A stretch of DNA of 64,000 nucleotides from Octopus sinensis. Lineage: Eukaryota. The stretch spans positions 15,996,001 through 16,060,000 of the forward strand of contig NC_043023.1 of NCBI RefSeq assembly GCF_006345805.1, written 5' to 3'. Positions 35,898-48,960 of the stretch are shown piece after piece. Position 1 is the first letter of the stretch. The number at the start of each line of letters is the position of its first letter. Below the pieces are notes generated by a model. That model saw only the letters and a program-made list of their open reading frames with translations, had not been told where the DNA came from and ran no database searches. Made by a program: the position numbers and the translations under genes.

Positions 35898-37860
35898 TAG
35901 TCTGCACAAAGAATTCAGCAGAACTGTTAGATTTTCAAAGAGGTCAATTGTTGGGCAATCTGACACTGGTTTTACCCAGTGAAAGATTGCCGAAATACTT
36001 CATATTTTTCTAGCTATTGTTAATACAATTATATTATAATTCAAAAGCCAAGGAAAAGAATCAACAGATTCTCATCCCAGCCAACCTGGGCCCTCGAAAA
36101 GGGAGCTTCATTGTTTGAAGAGAATTGTGGAAACACTTCACATTTGTCTAGTAACAGTAGATAGAATTATATTGTAATTCAAAAGCCAAGGAAAAGAATC
36201 AACAGATTCTCATCCCAGCCAACCTGGGCCCTCGGAAACAAAGCTTTGCCGTTTGAAGAGAATTGTGGAAACACTTCACATTTGTCTAGTAACAGTATAT
36301 AGAATTATATTGTAATTCAAAAGCCAAGGAGAAAAAATCAATAGAGTCTCATCCCAGCCAACCTGGGCCCTCGGAAACAAAGCTTCACTGTTTGAAGAGA
36401 ATTGTGGATGTACTTCAAATTCTTCTAGCTACTGTTAATAGAATTATATTGTAATTCAAAAGCCAAGGAAAAAAAATCAATAGAGTCTCATCCCAGCCAA
36501 CCTGGGCCCTCGGAAAGGAAGCTTCACTGTTTGAAGAGAATTGTGGAAATACTTCAAATTCTTCTAGCTACTGTTAATAGAATTATATTGTAATTCAAAA
36601 GCCAAGGAAAAAAAATCAACAGATTCTCATCCCAGCCAACCTGGGCCCTCGGAAAGGAAGCTTCACTGTTTGAAGAGAATTGTGGAAATACTTCAAATTC
36701 TTCTAGCTACTGTTAATAGAATTATATTGTAATTCAAAAGCCAAGGAAAAAAAATCAATAGATTCTCATCCCAGCCAACCTGGGCCCTCGGAAAGGAAGC
36801 TTCACTGTTTGAAGAGAATTGTGGAAATGCTTCACATTTGTCTAGCTACGGTTAATAGAATTATATTGTAATTCAAAAGCCAAGGAAAAAAAATCAATAG
36901 AGTCTCATCCCAGCCAACCTGGGCCCTCGGAAAGGAAGCTTTGCTGTTTGAAGAGAATTGTGGAAATACTTCACATTTGTCTAGCTACGGTTAATAGAAT
37001 TATATTGTAATTCAAAAGCCAAGGAAAAAAAATCAATAGAGTCTCATCCCAGCCAACCTGGGCCCTCGGAAAGGAAGCTTTGCTGTTTGAAGAGAATTGT
37101 GGAAATACTTCACATTTGTCTAGCTACGGTTAATAGAATTATATTGTAATTCAAAAGCCAAGGAAAAAAAATCAATAGAGTCTCATCCCAGCCAACCTGG
37201 GCCCTCGGAAAGGAAACTTCACTGTTTGAAGAGAATTGTGGAAATGCTTCACATTTGTCTAGCTACGGTTAATAGAATTATATTGTAATTCAAAAGCCAA
37301 GGAAAAAAAATCAATAGAGTCTCATCCCAGCCAACCTGGGCCCTCGGAAAGGAAGCTTTGCTGTTTGAAGAGAATTGTGGAAATACTTCACATTTGTCTA
37401 GCTACGGTTAATAGAATTATATTGTAATTCAAAAGCCAAGGAAAAAAAATCAACAGATTCTCATCCCAGCCAACCTGGGCCCTCGGAAACAAAGCTTTGC
37501 CGTTTGAAAAGAATTGCGGAAAATGAACCCCTGTTCAAAGTCTTCTGACATTGCAAAACAGCCAGAAGTTAATCCAAGAATGTGTGTTACATATCTCCAT
37601 AAGCTTGGGTATTATGGACGACCAGCTTGAAGAAACCTGCTTCAACCAATTAATATCATGAAAAGAAAGAAATGGGCTAAGGAGATGTCAGAAGAATTCA
37701 GTTCATTTTGGGATAGAGTGATTTTCTCGGAGGAATCCAGATTTGCATTATTTCCAGATAGTGGACATGTTTGGGTCTGGAGGCTTCCCATTCAAGAATT
37801 TAATTTGAAACGATTCGAACTAAATGTGAAACATGGCGGTATCTCTGTAATGGTATGGGT
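35898..37860 (+). pseudogene. Tc1 transposase 5' part with an 11 x 138/139-bp internal tandem
   Basis: ELLDFQRGQ; LHKLGYYGR; KRKKWAK; [13 protein letters not shown]; [20 protein letters not shown] recurs 11 times from 36041 to 37429. Confidence 0.85.
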
Positions 37861-38115
37861 AAGGGATGACGTCAGCAGCTGGGGAGCTGACCGGAAGGGG
37901 CAGCAGTGATGCATGCGCAGGTAGGGCAGGATTCTACCTTTTTGATTGAGGTCGCCGAGCGAGTAAGACGGCGTCAGCACGTTGTTAAGGTTGGGAGAAG
38001 CAGCTGCTATTTCTAGCGTTCAGGTCGGGCTGTGTTGAAGGATCCATTACCGCTTCCCTTTCAAGAATTTGATCTGAAACGACCCCAACTGACTGTGAAA
38101 CATGGCGGTATTAAA

Positions 38116-39949
38116 GTCATTAAAGCCGATCCAATGCAAACTGCACATCAATTTGTGGTACAGTTTTAGCATCTCCCATGTCACGATCGTTAACCACCTG
38201 CATCGTCTTGGCAAGGTCAGCCAGCTTGGAAAATGAGTGCTACGTGAATGGAGTGAAGCGAACAAACAAGCACATGTTACTGCGTGTCAAAGTCTGCTCT
38301 GGCAAAGCCAAAGATTCGATTCGTCGGAGTCAGTAATCACTACGGATGAAAAGTGAGTAATGTACTCCAACGTGAGGTGCAGACAATCCAGATGTAGCAA
38401 CGGTCAACAGCTAAAACCTTCGCCAAAAGGACCGCTTGCGCAAAAGAAGGTTATGATCTCAGTTTGGTGGGATTGCTGTGGGGTGATCATTTTGGATCTT
38501 CTCCCACGCAATACCACCGTTGACAAGGATGTCTACTGCGAACAAATTGACTGTCTAAAGATCGCACAGATCGAAGATCACACAGATCGAAGATCACACA
38601 GATCGAAGATCACGCAGATCGAAGATCACGCAGATCGAAGATCGTACGGATCGAAAATCTCGCAGATCAAAGATTGCGCGGATCGAAGATCACGCAGATC
38701 GAAGATCGTACGGATCGAAGATCTCGCAGATCAAAGATTGCGCGGATCGAAGATCACGCAGATCGAAGATCACACAGATCAAAGATCGCACAGATCAAAG
38801 ATCGCACAGATTGAACAGATCGAAGATCACGCAGATCAAAGATTGCGCGGATCGAAGATCACGTAGATCGAAGATCACGCAGATCGAAGATCACACAGAT
38901 CAAAGATCGCACAGATTGAACAGATCGAAGATCGCACGGATCGAAGATCATGCAGATCAAAGATTGCACGGATCGAAGATCACGCAGATCGAAGATCACG
39001 CAGATCGAAGATCACACAGATCAAAGATCGCACAGATTGAACAGATCGAAGATCGCACGGATCGAAGATCGCACGGATCGAAGATCACGCAGATCAAAGA
39101 TTGCACGGATCGAAGATCACGCAGATCGAAGATCACACAGATCAAAGATCGCACAGATTGAACAGATCGAAGATCGCACGGATCGAAGATCATGCAGATC
39201 AAAGATTGCACGGATCGAAGATCACGCAGATCGAAGATCACGCAGATCGAAGATCACACAGATCAAAGATCGCACAGATTGAACAGATCGAAGATCGCAC
39301 GGATCGAAGATCACGCAGATCAAAGATTGCACGGATCGAAGATCACGCAGATCGAAGATCACACAGATCAAAGATCGCACAGATTGAACAGATCGAAGAT
39401 CGCACGGATCGAAGATCACGCAGATCAAAGATTGCACGGATCGAAGATCACGCAGATCGAAGATTGCACGGATCAAAGATCGCACGGATCGAAGATCACG
39501 CAGATCGAAGATCACGCAGATCGAAGATCGCACGGATCAAAGATCGCTCAAATTTGAAGAAGATAACTTACCACCAAGACAACACGCTAGCACATCGGGC
39601 AAAGAAGACACCAGAGAAGCCGAAGGAGGTAGGCTGGGAGATTATGGTGCACCCACCGTACTCTCCTGACCTCGCCCCTTCTGACTACCACTTACTCTCC
39701 GCCTTGCAACATGCAATTGGCAATAAAGAGTTTGAAAACAAAGAAGATGTGAAATCGTTCCCTTTTGACTTTATTGATTCAAAGCCACACGATTTCAGGA
39801 TGAAAGGATTCAAATCTTTGCCTGAAAGACGGCAAAAGGTGATTGATAACAAGGGTGATTAGCTTTTGGATCGATCGTTCTTTGATGCTTTTTTAATTGT
39901 TGATAAAGTAGTATTAAAAGTGTCCAAGAACTTTCTAAACAAACCGATA
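38116..39949 (+). pseudogene. Mariner copy 2 (5'-truncated) with an ~990-bp minisatellite at 38558-39548
   Basis: Same motifs as copy 1. Confidence 0.9.
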
Positions 39950-40695
39950 TTGCCGAATATTTCTTTATCTTACAGACAACAGTTGTATGGTCACTATATA
40001 ATATCCTATCTCTTTAAGCTAGACACCCCTTCACTGGGCCTCCCAATTCAGATTTTTCAGGGAAACATTTGCCAGTAAAATGCACTAGCGTAGCTAGAGT
40101 TTGTGCTACTCCTGGACCCAACAAAAACACACTGCCAACAGCAGACCCAGAAGCGTCACGCGGGGCAGACCACCCCTAGAAGACCCACTCCCAGCAACGC
40201 TAGTGGTGAAATGCCTTCTAAATTATATCGACAAGATCTCGTAGTTTCGCAAAACTAGAAATGGTGTTGTCTCTTCGTGTTTCAGAGACGAAGAATTGGA
40301 CACAGGTTGTACAATTATTATTGAAAATAACCTGCAACATTATAGAAGAGATGTCTAAAAATACTGACATTGGTGGTCACATATTGGATTAAATCAAATT
40401 GAATGATAATCCTGTCGATATATGTTGGAGGCAAACACATTGGTTAATAACCTGATGCATAGAATGCAAATGAAATAAGACATTATAAAAACGATACCAG
40501 AAAGACTGACATTAGTGGTCACATTTTGGATTAAATCAAATTGAATAACTGTCGATATAATTTGAAGGCTAACACATTGGTTAATATATACATATATGTA
40601 TGGGTATATATATTTATATATATGCATATATTTATTACCCACTAAAACAACCAATAAGGCCATAACCTCGGTATATACCAATAGTAACCATAAAA

Positions 40696-41825
40696 TAGTC
40701 TGCACAAAGAATTCAGCAGAACTGTTAGATTTTCAAAGAGGTCAATTGTTGGGCAATCTGACACTGGTTTTACCCAGTGAAAGATTGCCGAAATACTTCA
40801 TATTTTTCTAGCTATTGTTAATACAATTATATTGTAATTCAAAAGCCAAGGAAAAAAAATCAATAGAGTCTCATCCCAGCCAACCTGGGCCCTCGGAAAG
40901 GAAGCTTTGCTGTTTGAAGAGAATTGTGGAAATACTTCACATTTGTCTAGCTACGGTTAATAGAATTATATTGTAATTCAAAAGCCAAGGAAAAAAATCA
41001 ATAGAGTCTCATCCCAGCCAACCTGGGCCCTCGGAAAGGAAGCTTTGCTGTTTGAAGAGAATTGTGGAAATACTTCACATTTGTCTAGCTACGGTTAATA
41101 GAATTATATTGTAATTCAAAAGCCAAGGAAAAAAAATCAATAGAGTCTCATCCCAGCCAACCTGGGCCCTCGGAAAGGAAACTTCACTGTTTGAAGAGAA
41201 TTGTGGAAATGCTTCACATTTGTCTAGCTACGGTTAATAGAATTATATTGTAATTCAAAAGCCAAGGAAAAAAAATCAATAGAGTCTCATCCCAGCCAAC
41301 CTGGGCCCTCGGAAAGGAAGCTTTGCTGTTTGAAGAGAATTGTGGAAATACTTCACATTTGTCTAGCTACGGTTAATAGAATTATATTGTAATTCAAAAG
41401 CCAAGGAAAAAAAATCAACAGATTCTCATCCCAGCCAACCTGGGCCCTCGGAAACAAAGCTTTGCCGTTTGAAAAGAATTGCGGAAAATGAACCCCTGTT
41501 CAAAGTCTTCTGACATTGCAAAACAGCCAGAAGTTAATCCAAGAATGTGTGTTACATATCTCCATAAGCTTGGGTATTATGGACGACCAGCTTGAAGAAA
41601 CCTGCTTCAACCAATTAATATCATGAAAAGAAAGAAATGGGCTAAGGAGATGTCAGAAGAATTCAGTTCATTTTGGGATAGAGTGATTTTCTCGGAGGAA
41701 TCCAGATTTGCATTATTTCCAGATAGTGGACATGTTTGGGTCTGGAGGCTTCCCATTCAAGAATTTAATTTGAAACGATTCGAACTAAATGTGAAACATG
41801 GCGGTATCTCTGTAATGGTATGGGT
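40696..41825 (+). pseudogene. Tc1 copy 2 with 5 x 138/139-bp repeats
   Basis: TCAAAAGCC at 40839, 40978, 41116, 41255 and 41394. Confidence 0.85.
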
Positions 41826-42080
41826 AAGGGATGACGTCAGCAGCTGGGGAGCTGACCGGAAGGGGCAGCAGTGATGCATGCGCAGGTAGGGCAGGATTCT
41901 ACCTTTTTGATTGAGGTCGCCGAGCGAGTAAGACGGCGTCAGCACGTTGTTAAGGTTGGGAGAAGCAGCTGCTATTTCTAGCGTTCAGGTCGGGCTGTGT
42001 TGAAGGATCCATTACCGCTTCCCTTTCAAGAATTTGATCTGAAACGACCCCAACTGACTGTGAAACATGGCGGTATTAAA

Positions 42081-43914
42081 GTCATTAAAGCCGATCCAAT
42101 GCAAACTGCACATCAATTTGTGGTACAGTTTTAGCATCTCCCATGTCACGATCGTTAACCACCTGCATCGTCTTGGCAAGGTCAGCCAGCTTGGAAAATG
42201 AGTGCTACGTGAATGGAGTGAAGCGAACAAACAAGCACATGTTACTGCGTGTCAAAGTCTGCTCTGGCAAAGCCAAAGATTCGATTCGTCGGAGTCAGTA
42301 ATCACTACGGATGAAAAGTGAGTAATGTACTCCAACGTGAGGTGCAGACAATCCAGATGTAGCAACGGTCAACAGCTAAAACCTTCGCCAAAAGGACCGC
42401 TTGCGCAAAAGAAGGTTATGATCTCAGTTTGGTGGGATTGCTGTGGGGTGATCATTTTGGATCTTCTCCCACGCAATACCACCGTTGACAAGGATGTCTA
42501 CTGCGAACAAATTGACTGTCTAAAGATCGCACAGATCGAAGATCACACAGATCGAAGATCACACAGATCGAAGATCACGCAGATCGAAGATCACGCAGAT
42601 CGAAGATCGTACGGATCGAAAATCTCGCAGATCAAAGATTGCGCGGATCGAAGATCACGCAGATCGAAGATCACGCAGATCGAAGATCGTACGGATCGAA
42701 GATCTCGCAGATCAAAGATTGCGCGGATCGAAGATCACGCAGATCGAAGATCACACAGATCAAAGATCGCACAGATCAAAGATCGCACAGATTGAACAGA
42801 TCGAAGATCACGCAGATCAAAGATTGCGCGGATCGAAGATCACGTAGATCGAAGATCACGCAGATCGAAGATCACACAGATCAAAGATCGCACAGATTGA
42901 ACAGATCGAAGATCGCACGGATCGAAGATCATGCAGATCAAAGATTGCACGGATCGAAGATCACGCAGATCGAAGATCACGCAGATCGAAGATCACACAG
43001 ATCAAAGATCGCACAGATTGAACAGATCGAAGATCGCACGGATCGAAGATCACGCAGATCAAAGATTGCACGGATCGAAGATCACGCAGATCGAAGATCA
43101 CACAGATCAAAGATCGCACAGATTGAACAGATCGAAGATCGCACGGATCGAAGATCATGCAGATCAAAGATTGCACGGATCGAAGATCACGCAGATCGAA
43201 GATCACGCAGATCGAAGATCACACAGATCAAAGATCGCACAGATTGAACAGATCGAAGATCGCACGGATCGAAGATCACGCAGATCAAAGATTGCACGGA
43301 TCGAAGATCACGCAGATCGAAGATCACACAGATCAAAGATCGCACAGATTGAACAGATCGAAGATCGCACGGATCGAAGATCACGCAGATCAAAGATTGC
43401 ACGGATCGAAGATCACGCAGATCGAAGATCGCACGGATCAAAGATCGCACGGATCGAAGATCACGCAGATCGAAGATCACGCAGATCGAAGATCGCACGG
43501 ATCAAAGATCGCTCAAATTTGAAGAAGATAACTTACCACCAAGACAACACGCTAGCACATCGGGCAAAGAAGACACCAGAGAAGCCAAAGGAGGTAGGCT
43601 GGGAGATTATGGTGCACCCACCGTACTCTCCTGACCTCGCCCCTTCTGACTACCACTTACTCTCCGCCTTGCAACATGCAATTGGCAATAAAGAGTTTGA
43701 AAACAAAGAAGATGTGAAATCGTTCCCTTTTGACTTTATTGATTCAAAGCCACACGATTTCAGGATGAAAGGATTCAAATCTTTGCCTGAAAGACGGCAA
43801 AAGGTGATTGATAACAAGGGTGATTAGCTTTTGGATCGATCGTTCTTTGATGCTTTTTTAATTGTTGATAAAGTAGTATTAAAAGTGTCCAAGAACTTTC
43901 TAAACAAACCGATA
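42081..43914 (+). pseudogene. Mariner copy 3 with an ~990-bp minisatellite at 42523-43513
   Basis: Near-identical to copy 2 at +3965. Confidence 0.9.
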
Positions 43915-44660
43915 TTGCCGAATATTTCTTTATCTTACAGACAACAGTTGTATGGTCACTATATAATATCCTATCTCTTTAAGCTAGACACCCCTTCACT
44001 GGGCCTCCCAATTCAGATTTTTCAGGGAAACATTTGCCAGTAAAATGCACTAGCGTAGCTAGAGTTTGTGCTACTCCTGGACCCAACAAAAACACACTGC
44101 CAACAGCAGACCCAGAAGCGTCACGCGGGGCAGACCACCCCTAGAAGACCCACTCCCAGCAACGCTAGTGGTGAAATGCCTTCTAAATTATATCGACAAG
44201 ATCTCGTAGTTTCGCAAAACTAGAAATGGTGTTGTCTCTTCGTGTTTCAGAGACGAAGAATTGGACACAGGTTGTACAATTATTATTGAAAATAACCTGC
44301 AACATTATAGAAGAGATGTCTAAAAATACTGACATTGGTGGTCACATATTGGATTAAATCAAATTGAATGATAATCCTGTCGATATATGTTGGAGGCAAA
44401 CACATTGGTTAATAACCTGATGCATAGAATGCAAATGAAATAAGACATTATAAAAACGATACCAGAAAGACTGACATTAGTGGTCACATTTTGGATTAAA
44501 TCAAATTGAATAACTGTCGATATAATTTGAAGGCTAACACATTGGTTAATATATACATATATGTATGGGTATATATATTTATATATATGCATATATTTAT
44601 TACCCACTAAAACAACCAATAAGGCCATAACCTCGGTATATACCAATAGTAACCATAAAA

Positions 44661-45122
44661 TAGTCTGCACAAAGAATTCAGCAGAACTGTTAGATTTTCA
44701 AAGAGGTCAATTGTTGGGCAATCTGACACTGGTTTTACCCAGTGAAAGATTGCCGAAATACTTCATATTTTTCTAGCTATTGTTAATACAATTATATTGT
44801 AATTCAAAAGCCAAGGAAAAGAATCAACAGATTCTCATCCCAGCCAACCTGGGCCCTCGGAAACAAAGCTTCACTGTTTGAAGAGAATTGTGGAAACACT
44901 TCACATTTGTCTAGTAACCGTAGATAGAATTATATTGTAATTCAAAAGCCAAGGAAATGAATCAACAGATTCTCATCCCAGCCAACCTGGGCCCTCGGAA
45001 ACAAAGCTTCACTGTTTGAAGAGAATTGTGGAAACACTTCACATTTGTCTAGTAACAGTAGATAGAATTATATTGTAATTCAAAAGCCAAGGAAAAAAAA
45101 TCAATAGAGTCTCATCCCAGCC
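44661..45122 (+). pseudogene. Tc1 copy 3, truncated in the third 138-bp repeat
   Basis: TCAAAAGCC at 44804, 44942 and 45080, then a junction with a family B tail fragment. Confidence 0.85.
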
Positions 45123-45624
45123 GCAGAAACCAAACCAAATTAGATTGGAACTTGGTGTGGTTCTCCAGCTTGTCAACTTCAGTCGACCCATCCAACCCAT
45201 GCCAGCATGGAAAATGAATGTCAAAGGATGATGATGATGTTGATGATGATGATATACATTGCACATTTCAAAAACACTTTATATTAATTGGAAAAGTCAA
45301 ATGTTTTGGTGCATGGCTTTTGGCCCACCCTGTATATCAACAGTAATTTTTCTTATGCTAGTTAGAATTGCACATGAATATTTTGAAGGAATGGTTTGTA
45401 TAAAACCATTTTGGTCGGCTCAGTTCTATAGTAGAAGACACTTGCCCAAAGTGCCATGCAGTGGGACTGAACCCGAAACCATGTAGCTAGGAAGCAAGCT
45501 CTCTAACCACACAGCCATGCCCGCACCTATGCTAGCATGGAAAACGGACATTAAACGATGATGATGATGGTTTGCATGTTAAAAAAAAAATTGAATGTTG
45601 AGATGAATGTTACCTATATAAATA

Positions 45625-47290
45625 TGAAGGAATGGTTTGTATAAAAAAAATAATTGTTAACAATGTTACCAAAAGACCGATGATGTGGTTATGTAAAAAA
45701 TTTTTCTTATGCTAGTTAGAACTATATATGAATATTTTGAAGGAATGGTTTGTATAAAAAAAATAATTGTTAACAATGTTACCAAAAGACCGATGATGTG
45801 GTTATGTAAAAAATTTTTCTTATGCTAGTTAGAACTATATATGAATATTTTGAAGGAATGGTTTGTATAAAAAAAATAATTGTTAACAATGTTACCAAAA
45901 GACCGATGATGTGGTTATGTAAAAAATTTTTCTTATGCTAGTTAGAACTATATATGAATATTTTGAAGGAATGGTTTGTATAAAAAAAATAATTGTTAAC
46001 AATGTTACCAAAAGACCGATGATGTGGTTATGTAAAAAATTTTTCTTATGCTAGTTAGAACTATATATGAATATTTTGAAGGAATGGTTTGTATAAAAAA
46101 AATAATTGTTAACAATGTTACCAAAAGACCGATGATGTGGTTATGTAAAAAATTTTTCTTATGCTAGTTAGAACTATATATGAATATTTTGAAGGAATGG
46201 TTTGTATAAAAAAAATAATTGTTAACAATGTTACCAAAAGACCGATGATGTGGTTATGTAAAAAATTTTTCTTATGCTAGTTAGAACTATATATGAATAT
46301 TTTGAAGGAATGGTTTGTATAAAAAAAATAATTGTTAACAATGTTACCAAAAGACCGATGATGTGGTTATGTAAAAAATTTTTCTTATGCTAGTTAGAAC
46401 TATATATGAATATTTTGAAGGAATGGTTTGTATAAAAAAAATAATTGTTAACAATGTTACCAAAAGACCGATGATGTGGTTATGTAAAAAATTTTTCTTA
46501 TGCTAGTTAGAACTATATATGAATATTTTGAAGGAATGGTTTGTATAAAAAAAATAATTGTTAACAATGTTACCAAAAGACCGATGATGTGGTTATGTAA
46601 AAAATTTTTCTTATGCTAGTTAGAACTATATATGAATATTTTGAAGGAATGGTTTGTATAAAAAAAATAATTGTTAACAATGTTACCAAAAGACCGATGA
46701 TGTGGTTATGTAAAAAATTTTTCTTATGCTAGTTAGAACTATATATGAATATTTTGAAGGAATGGTTTGTATAAAAAAAATAATTGTTAACAATGTTACC
46801 AAAAGACCGATGATGTGGTTATGTAAAAAATTTTTCTTATGCTAGTTAGAACTATACATGAATATTTTGAAGGAATGGTTTGTATAAAAAAAATAATTGT
46901 TAACAATGTTACCAAAAGACCGATGATGTGGTTATGTAAAAAATTTTTCTTATGCTAGTTAGAACTATATATGAATATTTTGAAGGAATGGTTTGTTTGT
47001 ATACAAATAATTGTTAACAATGTTACCAAAAGACCGATGATGTGGTTATGTAAAAAATTTTTCTTATGCTAGTTAGAACTATATATGAATATTTTGAAGG
47101 AATGGTTTGTATAAAAAAAAATACTTGTTAACAATGTTACCAAAAGACCGATGATGTGGTTATGTAAAAAATTTTTCTTATGCTAGTTAGAACTATACAT
47201 GAAGATTTTGAAGGAATGGTTTGTATAAAAAAAAATGGTGAGCAATGTTACCAAAAGAAGGGTTATGTAAAAAATTTTTCTTATACTGGT
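45625..47290. repeat. 113-bp satellite, about 14.7 copies
   Basis: GAAGGAATGG at 45626, 45739, 45852 and onward. Confidence 0.95.
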
Positions 47291-47314
47291 TAGAAACCGA
47301 TATCCAATCTACAG

Positions 47315-47635
47315 TGGAGAAGGCTAGCCACTGGATTTGGTTAAAAAGAGACGATGAGCAATGGCTAGAAGGATATTGAGCTTAACTTGATAACCAGCTG
47401 ATCTAGCAAGCGGGGCCTCATATCAGTGAGTGGGGGCCGGTGTGCATTGATGCCGTCGAGAGGTAGGCCCCGAAATGGAGAAGGCTAGCCACTGGATTTG
47501 GTTAAAAAGAGACAATGAGCGATGGCTAGAAGAATATTGAACTTAACTTGATAACCAGCTGATCTAGCAAGCAGGGCCTCATATCAGTGAGGGGGGCCGG
47601 TGCTCATTGATGCTGTTGAGATGTAGGCCCCGAAA
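47315..47635. repeat. Two tandem ~161-bp GC-richer units
   Basis: TGGAGAAGGCTAGCC at 47315 and 47476. Confidence 0.9.
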
Positions 47636-47692
47636 CGGCATGCATTCTGATGACCCCATATACTTTCTGGCTTCCGGTATACGGAGCTTTGA

Positions 47693-47882
47693 CTGGTTTC
47701 TCTTCTGTGTGAATGTATTTGTGAATATTGACGTTACCTTTTTGGGAGAATGATTTCTCCCCTGAATGAATACATTTGTGTTTCCAGGTTACCTTTTTGA
47801 CAGAATGACTTACCACAGACACCACAAAGATACAGCAATCTTCAAGATTCTTAATATTGTCCTTACACAGTTTGTTTTCCAT
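47693..47882 (-). pseudogene. Degenerate C2H2 zinc-finger gene
   Basis: Starts MENKLCK; across frames LYLCGVCGKSFCQKGNL..HKCIHSGEK and SFSQKGNVNIHKYIHTEEKP; frameshifts, and the second finger has lost its cysteines. Confidence 0.8.
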
Positions 47883-48362
47883 AATTTCTCTTCTTTATGT
47901 TCATATATTTTATTCCAAACAAATATTTGTTCGGCCACATCTCAAACAGATGTGATAGAAGTCAATATCTGAAAATTCTGCAAACCTCTTTGTAATCCAA
48001 GTTTATAAATCCCAGGCATTGAAGTAACAACATTTTGTTAATAATCTCAGCCAGAGGAAGCAGTTCACAGTAATCTCTCAACACAGATTTATAGAAACAG
48101 GATTATATCCATTTGTTTAATCTTGGTAAATGATGGCAAATCCATGGTTAAAACATTCTGTAATTCTGAAATAACAGAGAAACAACAATAAACTAAAGAA
48201 TACAGAAAAACATTGAAAAGCAACAATGGAATTTGTATAACACTTCTGTAAGGATCTTTTCTGTTTGAACAGCAGTTTTTCTAGCGATGTCATATGAAAT
48301 TGTCACCCATAATTATGACACTTTATAGTGCTACCACTGCATAAATCTCAGAGATTTAGAAA

Positions 48363-48411
<49 letters not shown>

Positions 48412-48960
48412 TATATATATATATACACACTGACTGGGCCTGATGAAGCCTTCCAGCTTCACAGACCCCAGTTGAACCGTCCAACCCATGCTAGCATGGA
48501 GAACGGACACTAAATGATGATGATGATGATGATGACACATATATACATACACACACACACATATATATACATACACACACACATATATATATATACATAC
48601 ACACACACACATATATATACATACACACACACATATACATACACACACACATATACATACATACACACACACATATACATACATACACACACACACACAT
48701 ATACATACACACACACACACATATATATACATACATACACACATATATACATACACCACGTAAAAAGCACCATTCGATCGTGGCCGTTTGCCAGCCTCGC
48801 CTGGCCTCCGTGCTGGTGGCATGTAAAAAGTACCATCCGATCATGGCCGTTTGCCAGCCTCATCTGGCACCTGTGCCAGTGGCACGTAAAAAGCACCCAC
48901 TACACTCATGGAGTGGTTGGCGTTAGGAAGGGCATCCAGCCGTAGAAACATTGCCAGATC

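Larger units (their letters stand above)
34013..45122 (+). repeat. Macro-tandem, about 2.75 units of ~4 kb (mariner 3' part + spacer + Tc1 5' part + GC-rich block)
   Basis: GTCATTAAAGCCGATCC occurs at 34013, 38116 and 42081 (periods 4103 and 3965); the ORF track repeats with a 3965-bp offset. Confidence 0.95.

Noticed and set aside
35596-35907. 103-aa minus-strand ORF conserved in three copies
   Set aside because: Conservation is explained by the recent macro-duplication; low complexity and no domain.
38811-39557. Long ORFs in all three frames over the minisatellite
   Set aside because: A consequence of a nearly stop-free 16-bp unit; not independent genes.
47315-47660. 161-bp tandem with GGGGCCT/AGGCCCC followed by GAAA, and CTGATGA at 47647, as a hammerhead or retrozyme
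   Set aside because: No CUGANGA directly before the helix and no NUH with helix III pairing; the topology does not close.
48331-48945. ORFs rich in YI/CV/HT repeats (also 13968-14468, 51419-51903, 53070-53801)
   Set aside because: Translations of (TA)n/(CA)n microsatellites.
48908-48960. N-terminus of the 522-aa ORF (MEWLALGRASS...)
   Set aside because: It comes from the host SINE-like element; the LINE starts at 48961.
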